64,000 nt of DNA. It comes from a virus. Under the pieces are notes generated by a model. That model was not told where the DNA came from. It was given only the letters and a program-made list of their open reading frames with translations, and did no database searches. Of the stretch, positions 40,908-50,932 are shown in pieces. How positions within the stretch are numbered: the first letter of the stretch is position 1; every line of letters starts with the position of its first letter. A program made the position numbers and the translations under genes. Location of the stretch: positions 1-64,000 of the IMG/VR virus record IMGVR_UViG_3300028299_000132. One strand, 5' to 3'.

Positions 40908-41528
40908 ATGAATGACGATGAATTAAAGAAAATTAAACTAACAACAAATATTGAAAATCTAAAACAGACAATTAAAGACTTAAAGGATGAGAGTTCAATG
41001 AATATTAATGATTTGATACCAAATAACATATTACCTGGATTAAATATAGAGATATATGATTATGATAAAGATATTGAGTTAATAAAAGAGGAGTCAGAGG
41101 AGACTTTAGAATGTATATCTAGTTTATATTTAAATGATGAAACAATGATGAATAAGAATATAAATCGACTGATAAAAAATGATGCAGATGAAATAGGTGA
41201 TATAAAATTTTCATTGTCTTGTGCGAAACGAGGTTTAATAAATTGTATGACACAACTAGACTCTGGTTCGAATGACCCTGAAATGCATAACGCTGTTAAT
41301 TCATACCAAAAAGAAATCAGAGAGTCAAATAAAACAATTCATGATTTATTAAATAAAATGAAGATATTTTATAAAGATTTAAGGGATGAATTAAAAACCG
41401 ATAATAATATAAATGTTGGTAAAGAACTTTTGGATTATGATGGTGATGATTTAAAAATTGTTGATAAATCAGAGATGAATAGATTAATAGAACAATATAA
41501 AAAAGATCCAACTCTACTTAAAGAATAA
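40908..41528 (+). CDS. Helical protein, possible terminase small subunit (gp16-like)
   Basis: LDSGSNDPEMHNAV followed by a coiled coil loosely resembles the gp16 central motif; weak. Confidence 0.35.
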   Translation: MNDDELKKIKLTTNIENLKQTIKDLKDESSMNINDLIPNNILPGLNIEIYDYDKDIELIKEESEETLECISSLYLNDETMMNKNINRLIKNDADEIGDIKFSLSCAKRGLINCMTQLDSGSNDPEMHNAVNSYQKEIRESNKTIHDLLNKMKIFYKDLRDELKTDNNINVGKELLDYDGDDLKIVDKSEMNRLIEQYKKDPTLLKE

Positions 41529-41744
41529 TTCCGTTAATATATTCATTATTTTTTCTCTGTCTTTATCTTCATAAAAATATGAATATATTGGAATATATTT
41601 AATATTCATATAATCTTCCGAGAACGCTACAAAATAAACTAATTTTTCTTGTTTTAGATTATATAATTCAAAATCAGTGATTTCTAATATTTCTCCACTA
41701 GGATATCCAACTAAATCTAATATTTTTTTATTTGATTTCTTCAT
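41514..41744 (-). CDS. PSGE-family small protein
   Basis: DLVGYPSGEILEIT. Confidence 0.65.
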   Translation of the reverse strand: MKKSNKKILDLVGYPSGEILEITDFELYNLKQEKLVYFVAFSEDYMNIKYIPIYSYFYEDKDREKIMNILTELFFK

Positions 41745-42150
41745 TTACATCCCTAACCTTTTCTATATCATCTTTTATATATACACCATCAGTACCTCTG
41801 AATTTAACCATATATAATATATCACTAGGACTATATATCTTACTTAAATTTCTTCCATTAATTAACTGTCCATCATATTCAATAATATCAACTACCTCTC
41901 CAACTTTTCCTATTTTCTTGATTCTTACAACAGTACCTTTTTTAATTTCATATAATATTTCTATTATTTCATCATAATCTTCATCATTAAATTCCCAATA
42001 TTCCCCCTCCATACCTACATCGTAATTGATGTTAATATATGGTAATAATATATAAGCTTCATCATTTGTTATTGTTATTATTTGACCACTTGGTAGTCCA
42101 ACCAAGATATCATCTTCAAATCTATCATATCTATTTGGATCATAATGCAT
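41728..42150 (-). CDS. PSGE-family protein with an SH3/KOW-like C-terminus
   Basis: ILVGLPSGQIITIT; KKGTVVRIK..GKVGEV. Confidence 0.65.
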   Translation of the reverse strand: MHYDPNRYDRFEDDILVGLPSGQIITITNDEAYILLPYININYDVGMEGEYWEFNDEDYDEIIEILYEIKKGTVVRIKKIGKVGEVVDIIEYDGQLINGRNLSKIYSPSDILYMVKFRGTDGVYIKDDIEKVRDVNEEIK

Positions 42151-42544
42151 CTTGCACTAAAAATATTTTTTGATTATTTAAGTTCCCTTTCAATAGATTT
42201 TCTAGATTGACATAAATCTGTAATTCGAATTCTATACGATTATCACCAAATGTTACAGCGTAACCATCTTTTCCTAACGAACTCGCTATCACTCCAGTTA
42301 TTCTACCATATCCATGTAATTGATGAAAGATTTTATCTCCTATTTTAATATTGTAAAAAATCATACTCTTTATATCCTCCCTCAAATCATCTCTAAATAC
42401 ATAAGAATCTATTTTTACACCATTAAAATATTCTAAATATTTAACAAATTTTACAAGTACTAAATCATATAAAGACGATTCTCTACATTTCAAAACCTCT
42501 CCACTAGGAATTCCAACGATATCAGTAATTGGCCCTCTTTTCAT
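42140..42544 (-). CDS. PSGE-family protein with an SH3-like C-terminus
   Basis: DIVGIPSGEVL; IGDKIFHQLHGYGRI. Confidence 0.65.
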   Translation of the reverse strand: MKRGPITDIVGIPSGEVLKCRESSLYDLVLVKFVKYLEYFNGVKIDSYVFRDDLREDIKSMIFYNIKIGDKIFHQLHGYGRITGVIASSLGKDGYAVTFGDNRIEFELQIYVNLENLLKGNLNNQKIFLVQDAL

Positions 42545-42702
42545 AAACTAACTTGTCGTATTATATTTTTATTTGTGTCTTTATAAATAAAACATTCAAA
42601 TTCAAAACTCCAATATACTAATTTTCTTTTTAATAAAAAATCTGCACTAGCTTTTTCTTTTTTCATAACCTCACCACTTGGGTATCCATATATTTCAATC
42701 AT
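42541..42702 (-). CDS. PSGE-family small protein (53 aa, not in the ORF track)
   Basis: Hand-translated MIEIYGYPSGEVMKK...; ATGA overlaps with the genes on both sides. Confidence 0.7.
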   Translation of the reverse strand: MIEIYGYPSGEVMKKEKASADFLLKRKLVYWSFEFECFIYKDTNKNIIRQVSL

Positions 42703-42914
42703 ATTTCATCAATATAAAAAATCTTATACTTATATTCATCTTTTGATATGTACCCGTGAACATCTTTCATATCACCATCAATATCAACAAATCTTTTGTA
42801 TGTTATAAATTTAGTACTAATTAATTTATTTAAATTTCTTCTATTAACTGTAATAACCTCACCACTAGGTAATAATAAAATTTCAAATGTTTTTTCATCA
42901 AATCTTAAAACCAT
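42699..42914 (-). CDS. PSGE-family small protein
   Basis: EILLLPSGEVITVN. Confidence 0.65.
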   Translation of the reverse strand: MVLRFDEKTFEILLLPSGEVITVNRRNLNKLISTKFITYKRFVDIDGDMKDVHGYISKDEYKYKIFYIDEI

Positions 42915-42950
42915 AGTACAAAATTAATGATTTTTTTTTATAAAAAAAAA

Positions 42951-44315
42951 TCAAAGAGTTCTTATTTGATGAACCATCAAAACTTTTTCATTCATAACTC
43001 TTTGAATTTTTTTTGGTTCTACTGGTCTATCCCACATCATTGATATACGCCATCTGACACCAGATAAATCATCTATTATTTTATTTTTGAATAAATCTAT
43101 CCATTTTAAACCATTTAAATTACCTGATCCTTCAAAAACTCCCATTATATTTGAAAGATTTCCGATACCTGGATGACCACCAACTTTCGTAAATATTTTT
43201 CTGTAATGAAATTCTTGTCTAAAGAAATCTAAAACATGATGTGTATAATCACCAAGATCTTCAACAATATAACCATCTTTCAATCTAGGTAATTCTTCTC
43301 TTTGGATATTAGCTATCCCATTTGTATCCGCTACTTGTAAAGATGGTCCAAATTGTAACATAATAAAATCAACTCTGTGCCCTCTTAAACCTTCTGTGTT
43401 TCTTAAATCTTGATTAATTATCGCTCTCGCTCTTAACGCATTTGCCCAAGTACCAGCTGGTACATATGCCATTCTACCAATTATTTGATATCCATCTTTT
43501 TTAATAACTCCACCACCCCACCATTTATCGTAAAATTCTTTTTGATCATTATATACAACTTTTTGTTCCTTTCCTCTAGTTCTTTCTGACATTATTCTAA
43601 TTCTTTCTCTACCATCTGTTATAAAATCTTTTTCTACACCTCTTCTGTCAACATTATTCTCAGGATATAACATTTTGAAATTAAGGAATATATTTATTAT
43701 AGATAATGATGCGTTGTGAGCTACCTCTATTAGAGTTCTATAATCACCTCTTTTTATTAATTGATTAAACGCGCCCGCGAAAAATAGTTTTGGTTTATCA
43801 AATTGTCTTATATCATTTAAATTAAAATTCAAAATAGTTTCTATATCAACATCATACATTTGATATTTCGCACCATCTACCATATCAATAACATCCAATA
43901 TTACAGAATCAGTTGGTAATCCTAATTGTAAACATATTCCTTCGTACGCACTGCTTGTTTTTGTTTTTATTGAATTTAGACTCTGTTTTTCTATATCTCC
44001 ACCCTTTTCAACAAAAGACCCATGATGGTCAATATAAACATCAACTTCATCATTATCTTCTGCATAATCAAGAGCTATGTTTATATAACGATCATCTAAT
44101 TGTATGTTACGCCACCCTTCCTGGTAATTTACCACACCATATCCAACAATTTCGAATCCATGATTTCGTAGATAATCTCTCATAACAATTGCACTCATAA
44201 TTCCATCTAGGTCATCGTGCATGAATATCATACATTGTTTCCCTACTTTACCTTTTTCTATCCAATATTCTTCTGAATTTGTTATTGTAGGAGCTCCTTC
44301 AAATAGTTTTCTCAT
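42951..44315 (-). CDS. DHH-family phosphoesterase
   Basis: HDDLDG, LDY, IDHH and C-terminal GGH motifs. Confidence 0.8.
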   Translation of the reverse strand: MRKLFEGAPTITNSEEYWIEKGKVGKQCMIFMHDDLDGIMSAIVMRDYLRNHGFEIVGYGVVNYQEGWRNIQLDDRYINIALDYAEDNDEVDVYIDHHGSFVEKGGDIEKQSLNSIKTKTSSAYEGICLQLGLPTDSVILDVIDMVDGAKYQMYDVDIETILNFNLNDIRQFDKPKLFFAGAFNQLIKRGDYRTLIEVAHNASLSIINIFLNFKMLYPENNVDRRGVEKDFITDGRERIRIMSERTRGKEQKVVYNDQKEFYDKWWGGGVIKKDGYQIIGRMAYVPAGTWANALRARAIINQDLRNTEGLRGHRVDFIMLQFGPSLQVADTNGIANIQREELPRLKDGYIVEDLGDYTHHVLDFFRQEFHYRKIFTKVGGHPGIGNLSNIMGVFEGSGNLNGLKWIDLFKNKIIDDLSGVRWRISMMWDRPVEPKKIQRVMNEKVLMVHQIRTL

Positions 44316-45129
44316 TTATATTTATTTTATTTTTTAATTCATTTTCAAAATATTTATCATCTTTTATATATTTACTACAATTTAAATGTCTTCTCGTGAT
44401 ACATAAATTATTAATGTTTCCAATTGTTATAACGTCTATATTATCCATATATCCTTGATATATGGATGTTTTATGATCTATAGTTGGATAATTTTTATCA
44501 AATTTGGTATTATTTTTAATATATTTGTTGTCATAATAATCAAACCCATCCCATTTTTCAAATAATTCTTTTTTGTTTTTTCTTGTTTCTCTATTTACAA
44601 GTCTTTTATATATTTCAAATTCTTTTAATTCATCATCTGGTATTTGATTTCCATTTTTTATTCTACTTATTCTTGATTTTTCTACTATTCTCTCAGATTT
44701 TCTAGGGTATTCAACCCCATGATTTTTGATCATTGTTTTTTTACACATATCTTTTATTTTTTCGGATTGGAATACATTCTCAACCCCCCAGTTTTTAATA
44801 TTAGTTTTTATTTTTTTATCCTTTACATATTCTAACTGAGATATGTTCTCAACACCAAATTCTTTAATAAGTTTTTTCTTCATGTATTTTTTAGTACATA
44901 TCGGACACAAGTATCCATCAATAATTCTTTGATTATAGTGGTCATATCTAATAAATCGTGTATAGTCACATTTATCACATTTTACCTTTATATCAATATG
45001 TGAACCTTTTGTTAAATGATCAATTGGGATTTTAATGATATCATTATATTTGATGTTATATCCCAATTCTCTATAATGATTAATATTATGATTTATTATT
45101 TTAGCATATACTTCCTTTGTAATTATCAT
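44299..45129 (-). CDS. Putative HNH-type homing endonuclease
   Basis: N-terminal Zn module shared with 12504..14090, GVEN repeats and TIDHK...NL...R..N..K. Confidence 0.7.
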   Translation of the reverse strand: MIITKEVYAKIINHNINHYRELGYNIKYNDIIKIPIDHLTKGSHIDIKVKCDKCDYTRFIRYDHYNQRIIDGYLCPICTKKYMKKKLIKEFGVENISQLEYVKDKKIKTNIKNWGVENVFQSEKIKDMCKKTMIKNHGVEYPRKSERIVEKSRISRIKNGNQIPDDELKEFEIYKRLVNRETRKNKKELFEKWDGFDYYDNKYIKNNTKFDKNYPTIDHKTSIYQGYMDNIDVITIGNINNLCITRRHLNCSKYIKDDKYFENELKNKININEKTI

Positions 45130-45183
45130 TCTTTAATTTTCCTATTTATCTTATATATTAAAAAAATTAAATAAGAAAATTAA

Positions 45184-45786
45184 TCATTTAAGAATATTTT
45201 TCAATGCTAATTTTATTAAACTTTTAAATTTAATTGGTGGGTTGGATATAATAACAAAACTACTATTTCCTTTAACTTTCATATTTGATATGTTTTCAGA
45301 TATCATTTTTTTCTTTATGAAATGATTTATAAGATTTTCAACAAATGGTTTCATATCAAATCCATCTTTAATCTTAACTATATGAAGTTCATTATTTTTT
45401 TCAACAATAAAATATTTAGATTCCTTATAATGTGGTAGTATGGAGTTTATATCCTTTTGTTTCATTTCATCTGGAAAGAAAACAACTGATTTGTTTTTAT
45501 TACCATAATTAGGATCTTTTCTAAAATCTGAATAAATAGATGGTGTTATAATTTTATCTTCATCTATTTTTAAGTTATTTTGTAATTTTACATTCACTGG
45601 GTAATGTTCTAATATCTGATCAAATAGATACGCTTTTGTTTTTGAAGAACTACCAATAACAGTATTTACAATATAATTTTCATTATAAATATTAACAATA
45701 GAGCCTTTGATTTCAAAACCATCATTTTCAACAACAACAGTGTCACCTATTTTTATACCATTTAATTCTGTAATATTCTTACCCAT
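45184..45786 (-). CDS. Hypothetical protein
   Basis: ORF preceded by the promoter-like motif. Confidence 0.6.
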   Translation of the reverse strand: MGKNITELNGIKIGDTVVVENDGFEIKGSIVNIYNENYIVNTVIGSSSKTKAYLFDQILEHYPVNVKLQNNLKIDEDKIITPSIYSDFRKDPNYGNKNKSVVFFPDEMKQKDINSILPHYKESKYFIVEKNNELHIVKIKDGFDMKPFVENLINHFIKKKMISENISNMKVKGNSSFVIISNPPIKFKSLIKLALKNILK

Positions 45787-45873
45787 TATTTATGTTAATT
45801 TGTATTATATATAAAAAGAAGAAAGTCAATTTTTGTAAATTGCCTCTCTTCTTTTTATAAATATGAATTATAA

Positions 45874-46467
45874 TTATATTTGTTCTCTTGGTTGAATTTG
45901 TTGTGCTGTTCTTTGTGTTTGTGATTGTTGGCTAAATTGTGGTTTTTGTCCTTGACCTTGTAATCTTTGTGGTTTTTGACCCTGTAGTTGTGGTTGTCCC
46001 TGTAGTTGACCCAATTGTCCTTGTAGTTGTGGTTGTCCTTGTAGTTGTGGTTGTCCCTGTAGTTGACCCAATTGTCCTTGACCTAAATCAAAATCTTCAT
46101 CACCTAAATCTAAATCTTGGATTTGTTGGCCACCTAATTGAACTTGTCCTTGACCTTGTACTCCACCTTGTATTAACCCTTGTTTTTCTGGCATCAATAC
46201 ATCACCTGGAATATTTTCAATATTCAAATATGATGTTGATACATATTTTGCGATTTCTTCCGCGATTTCCATATCTGAATATAATCTCTTAATATCCTGT
46301 CCACTTTCATCTTTAATTTTTTTAACATACGAGCTAACCAATGAAAAAGGTATGTCAATATTTACTCTTACCTTATAATGGTCATCAAATGCTATAACTG
46401 TTTCGTTTAGCTTGCCACCACGCTTTTTGCCTTGAAATTCACCAAATCTAAATACGCTCTTATTCAT
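45874..46467 (-). CDS. Protein with a Gln/Gly-rich repetitive C-terminus
   Basis: QLQGQP and GQLGQ repeats. Confidence 0.65.
   Translation of the reverse strand: MNKSVFRFGEFQGKKRGGKLNETVIAFDDHYKVRVNIDIPFSLVSSYVKKIKDESGQDIKRLYSDMEIAEEIAKYVSTSYLNIENIPGDVLMPEKQGLIQGGVQGQGQVQLGGQQIQDLDLGDEDFDLGQGQLGQLQGQPQLQGQPQLQGQLGQLQGQPQLQGQKPQRLQGQGQKPQFSQQSQTQRTAQQIQPREQI
45983..46080. repeat. Coding 18-bp tandem repeat
   Basis: TGTAGTTGTGGTTGTCC and TGTAGTTGACCCAATTGTCC variants. Confidence 0.75.
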
Positions 46468-46553
46468 AATATTCTTTTATTTTTTAATTATATATAAAAA
46501 TATAATTATCATTTTTTTCAATAGTATATAGTAATATTTTTATTCAATTTTTT

Positions 46554-47375
46554 TTATTTTTTACCCCATCTCCAACTCCATATGTTATAATGAACAGATA
46601 CACCCATACTCCATCCAAATCTTGGATTGGCTAAATTATAATCTGTGTTTAATCCAAATCCAACATAAGGGCCAAATGAGAAATTCTTAGGTTTCAATGG
46701 TGTTTTCTCTGGAGCTTTATCTAATATAAATACACCATCCAAATTATTTATTTGGATTTTTGGTGATGGTGATATCGCGTAAACCTCATATTTATCATTC
46801 AAATTTCTAAATCCATATGTTATATTTATTTTTGTTAGATTTGTTTCAAAAATGGTTGTATCTGGTTTTAATACCCATTTTTTATTTATAAAATCTGGAT
46901 AAGCATAAAATCTACTAAAACCAGTTAAATATTGCTCAAATCCTTTATCTTTAAATTTACTTTCAAATTTTAAAGCGTAATTATTTGTATTACTATCAAT
47001 TATAACCAATTCATTGCCAGCGGTTAATCCACCTAAATCACCAGATACTTTTGTATCAATCGCCGCTATCACATCACCTTTTAGATTTTTTAGTTGATTA
47101 TATAAATCTTGATTGTATTTTTTTAAATCTTTGATTTCATTTATAACATAATTATCTTTTGATGTTATAAAAGCGTTAAGCTTTCTATTAAATTCTTCAA
47201 AAAGACTATCTTTTGAAGCGTTCCAATTTTGAGTGTTTTGTTTTTGTTGAAATTCCCATTGTGCTCTCTCTGTTTTTAATGTAGAACATGTCTGAAATAA
47301 AAATACAGACACTATTACTAATGCTATAAAAAATATTATAGGATAGTATTTTTTTATGATAGTTAAAAAGTTCAT
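46554..47375 (-). CDS. Membrane-anchored protein with an amphipathic beta-rich C-terminus
   Basis: N-terminal TM, coiled coil and GPYVGFG...GWSMGVSVHYNIW. Confidence 0.6.
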   Translation of the reverse strand: MNFLTIIKKYYPIIFFIALVIVSVFLFQTCSTLKTERAQWEFQQKQNTQNWNASKDSLFEEFNRKLNAFITSKDNYVINEIKDLKKYNQDLYNQLKNLKGDVIAAIDTKVSGDLGGLTAGNELVIIDSNTNNYALKFESKFKDKGFEQYLTGFSRFYAYPDFINKKWVLKPDTTIFETNLTKINITYGFRNLNDKYEVYAISPSPKIQINNLDGVFILDKAPEKTPLKPKNFSFGPYVGFGLNTDYNLANPRFGWSMGVSVHYNIWSWRWGKK

Positions 47376-47418
47376 AATATTTTTTTTTATTTATATATAA
47401 TGAATTAATGGTTCATTT

Positions 47419-49431
47419 TTATTTGTTTGTTGGGGGATTATATGGAAACCATTGTTTATTTTTACCACCACTAGGTGGTGTTCCATTCTTATACCAATTC
47501 GCTGGTGGTGATATAAAATTTCCAGATACCCAATCACCATCAAAGAAATCACCATAAAAATTTCCATTGTAGAAAGTTCCCCCACTCCATCCACCATACG
47601 CTGTATAATTTCCACCAACTGTTGTTCCAGAGTTAAAGAATGATCCATTATAAAACTTACCATCTAACCAATTCATATATAATTTAGCTGTAGAATTTTT
47701 TATTTTTTCCAATGGTGTACCAAATGACCCATTATTCCAAGTACCACCACTCCAATTTACAATAAATGATGTGGTTATTGTTGAATTGTATCTTGGCCCC
47801 ATATGAATTCCATTAAATACACCGTTCATCCATTTAACCTTTCTAATTATAGAATTATTAACAATTCCATTATTAAATGTTCCATTTTCCCAATAATTAT
47901 TATTAAGATATCCACCATTAAATGTACCATTCTCCCATTTATATAGTGCATTCGTGGTATAATATGTCAAACCAGATAATCTATTGTCAAATATACCATC
48001 ATTAAATGTTCCATTTTTCCAATATATTTCAGACAAATATCCACCATTAATTGTGCCACACCACCATGTTGATTTATTTATGGAACCATTATAAATAGTC
48101 ATGCCACTAAGATCACATCCAGTAAAATCACCATTGTTAATTGTTCCACTATAAAAAATTGTATCAAATGTTGGTACAAGTGATACAAACACAGAACTCG
48201 TTATTGATCTACCAACAACTTTTCCATTATTAAATATACCATTGTACCAGGTAGACGATAAAAAATCTCCATTATTAAATATTCCAGTATACCATGTGGA
48301 ATTTTGAAACATTCCACCATTAAATGTTCCACCACTCCATTCACCATTAAATGTTCCGTCATTGAATGTTCCACCACTCCAATATGATCTTATGAAATTT
48401 CCATTATTAAATATTCCATTTTCCCATGTTGATCCAGAAAAAGTTCCATTATTAAATATTCCAGTATACCAATACTTATTTATAAATGATCCAGAATTCC
48501 ATATTCCATTATTCCAAGATGGTAATCCAAAAAACCCATCATCCCATATCCCATAAATCCATATTACTGAATTATTTATAGAAGATCCACTGAAATATCC
48601 ATTATTTATTGTTCCACCAGTAAATATACAATCTGTGAATAGTCCACCATTTATTGTACACGCGGATAACACGCAATCTGTAAAATATCCATTGTCTATA
48701 GTAGATCCAGATATAAGTTGATTTTTTACATATGTATAACCATATTCATTATTGTTAAAACTGTAATAAAGAGAATAGGATGAATCATTTTTTGTATTTA
48801 TAGTTCTATAAAAAGAATCATATTTGTCTGATATATTTATCATTTTAGTTGTTCCACTCAATATAATTGCTTGATAAATGGTTATATCATCCGCGGTAGA
48901 TCCAGTTTGTTCATTTAATAGAACATGTTTAAAAACAGCACAATCAATATCACCTTTCAAAAATTCTTGATTATTAACATATATTTTTGTAACATAGTGA
49001 TTATAAATTGATTTATTTCTAAATTTTTCATCAAAATTTCTATTAATTACAAATTGATTTTTATTATTGTTTATATCAATTACTTTATATCCCTTTACAT
49101 ATGGATGATAATACCAATTTGTACACCCACTTACTTCTATGAGGTTATCTAAAACATATGTTAAATCAGTATAATTCACATTTGTATCACCCGAAACAGC
49201 ACAAAAATAAACAATATCACCTATTATTAAATTTGAGTTTACTCTTGTTGTTAATCTCATTTTACCATTATCTTCACCTATAAATGGTAACAATTCAACC
49301 GCGTTAGCACTTAATAGATATTCAGTTTTTCTATTTTTATTTAATTGAGTATCTATTCTTGATGTTTTATTATTGACACTTTCAGTTGAAGTGGAATAAG
49401 ACCCAAAACTTTCTGCGGATGATATAGTCAT
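47419..49431 (-). CDS. Beta-solenoid-like repeat protein (W..G.FN.G.F repeats), probably a virion component
   Basis: Many 5- and 10-residue GTFNGG/WxNG repeats; upstream promoter-like motif. Confidence 0.65.
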   Translation of the reverse strand: MTISSAESFGSYSTSTESVNNKTSRIDTQLNKNRKTEYLLSANAVELLPFIGEDNGKMRLTTRVNSNLIIGDIVYFCAVSGDTNVNYTDLTYVLDNLIEVSGCTNWYYHPYVKGYKVIDINNNKNQFVINRNFDEKFRNKSIYNHYVTKIYVNNQEFLKGDIDCAVFKHVLLNEQTGSTADDITIYQAIILSGTTKMINISDKYDSFYRTINTKNDSSYSLYYSFNNNEYGYTYVKNQLISGSTIDNGYFTDCVLSACTINGGLFTDCIFTGGTINNGYFSGSSINNSVIWIYGIWDDGFFGLPSWNNGIWNSGSFINKYWYTGIFNNGTFSGSTWENGIFNNGNFIRSYWSGGTFNDGTFNGEWSGGTFNGGMFQNSTWYTGIFNNGDFLSSTWYNGIFNNGKVVGRSITSSVFVSLVPTFDTIFYSGTINNGDFTGCDLSGMTIYNGSINKSTWWCGTINGGYLSEIYWKNGTFNDGIFDNRLSGLTYYTTNALYKWENGTFNGGYLNNNYWENGTFNNGIVNNSIIRKVKWMNGVFNGIHMGPRYNSTITTSFIVNWSGGTWNNGSFGTPLEKIKNSTAKLYMNWLDGKFYNGSFFNSGTTVGGNYTAYGGWSGGTFYNGNFYGDFFDGDWVSGNFISPPANWYKNGTPPSGGKNKQWFPYNPPTNK

Positions 49432-49506
49432 TAAACTTTTATTTTTTTAGTATATATAAAAACAAAAACATCTATATATGATATATTAAAAAAATAAAAG
49501 ATAATA

Positions 49507-49827
49507 ATGAACGATAAGAAGAAACAAGTTATGGAATTATTAAATTTAGCGTTTGTTGACAACTATGAATTTTTTAGAGATACAATTGATAAGATAAATC
49601 TTTTGTTTAAAAAATATAAAATAGATTACAAATATGATTATAATTCTTTTTGTAGAGAATATATTCAAAAATGTATGATTGTTATTGATGAGAATCCAGA
49701 TATAGATATATCTGATAATAAATATTTTTTAGTATATGGTGCGATTGCCGCGAGTATGGTCTATGATAAAGAACAGGAAGACAAAGAAAAAAATAATAAA
49801 AAGAATGAATCTACTGATACCGAGTGA
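49507..49827 (+). CDS. Hypothetical protein
   Basis: ORF only. Confidence 0.55.
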   Translation: MNDKKKQVMELLNLAFVDNYEFFRDTIDKINLLFKKYKIDYKYDYNSFCREYIQKCMIVIDENPDIDISDNKYFLVYGAIAASMVYDKEQEDKEKNNKKNESTDTE

Positions 49828-50932
49828 AAAAGTTAATGAAATTTTAGAAAAACTAATGAATTTCTATTCTAAAGTTCCAACTATACAAGACTATTTTCTA
49901 GAGAGAAAAAGAGAAAAAGTAAAAGATATTGATTATGAGAAATTTACAGTTGATTTCTTTAATGATAATACGATTCGACCAAAAGATATGGATATATCAG
50001 TTGATTTAATTAATTCTACTATATTTAATAATTCTGTTCAAATAATAACATCTCTTCCACTAGAATCACAAATAGGTAGACAGATGACGATAGGTGTTAA
50101 AGAAAACAACACAAATAAATATCTTGGTTTTATAAGATTATCATCACCTGTTCTGACAGTTAAACCTAGAAATGAATTTTTCGGCCAGACTGTTACACCA
50201 AAAATGGTTAATCGTTATATGATAAACGGAGCGGTTATTGTACCTGTACAACCTTTTGGTTATAATTATCTTGGTGGAAAATTGTTAGCGTTGGTATGTT
50301 GTTCTCGTGATATTATTAATATGTTTAATAAAAAATATGATATGGATCTATGTTTTATGGAAACAACATCATTATATGGTGATATCAAGGGAGTCTCTCA
50401 ATATGATGGATTAAAACCATATATAAGATATCATGGTATGACAGAATCTAAATTATTTTTATTTCCAAATGAGGATGTTTATTATGAAATAAGAGATTAT
50501 ATGAGAAAATTATATGGTGAAGAAAAATGGAATGGTAGTCTAGTGGATCCAAAACCATCTGGTCCTAAAATGAGAGAATATACTAAAGTTATTCAAATAT
50601 TAAAATTTCATTTGAAAGAATATAATAAAGATAAATTGGATGAGTTTAATAAGTTTATAGAAAATTCAATGAGATCAAAAACCAAAAAACGATATTATTA
50701 TTCAATGTTTGGATATGATAATGTTAAAGAATACGTTCTATCTGATGGAAAAATAGATTTAATAAAAAGAGAAAATTTTGATAATTATGAGTTAGATAAT
50801 TTAATAAAATGGTGGAAAAATAAATCTCAAAATAGATGGGAAAAATTAAATGAAGAAGGAAAAATCAAAAATGAATTAGAAATATATACTACTGAAAATA
50901 TTGATACAAAAAATCATAATATAATAAGATGA
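49805..50932 (+). CDS. DUF4338/DruA-like protein
   Basis: GR...LGFIRLSSP, VPVQPFGYNYLGGKLLAL and ETTSLYG...SQYDG. Confidence 0.7.
   Translation: MNLLIPSEKVNEILEKLMNFYSKVPTIQDYFLERKREKVKDIDYEKFTVDFFNDNTIRPKDMDISVDLINSTIFNNSVQIITSLPLESQIGRQMTIGVKENNTNKYLGFIRLSSPVLTVKPRNEFFGQTVTPKMVNRYMINGAVIVPVQPFGYNYLGGKLLALVCCSRDIINMFNKKYDMDLCFMETTSLYGDIKGVSQYDGLKPYIRYHGMTESKLFLFPNEDVYYEIRDYMRKLYGEEKWNGSLVDPKPSGPKMREYTKVIQILKFHLKEYNKDKLDEFNKFIENSMRSKTKKRYYYSMFGYDNVKEYVLSDGKIDLIKRENFDNYELDNLIKWWKNKSQNRWEKLNEEGKIKNELEIYTTENIDTKNHNIIR

Noticed and set aside
45983-46080. CRISPR-like array
   Set aside because: These are adjacent in-frame coding repeats with no unique spacers
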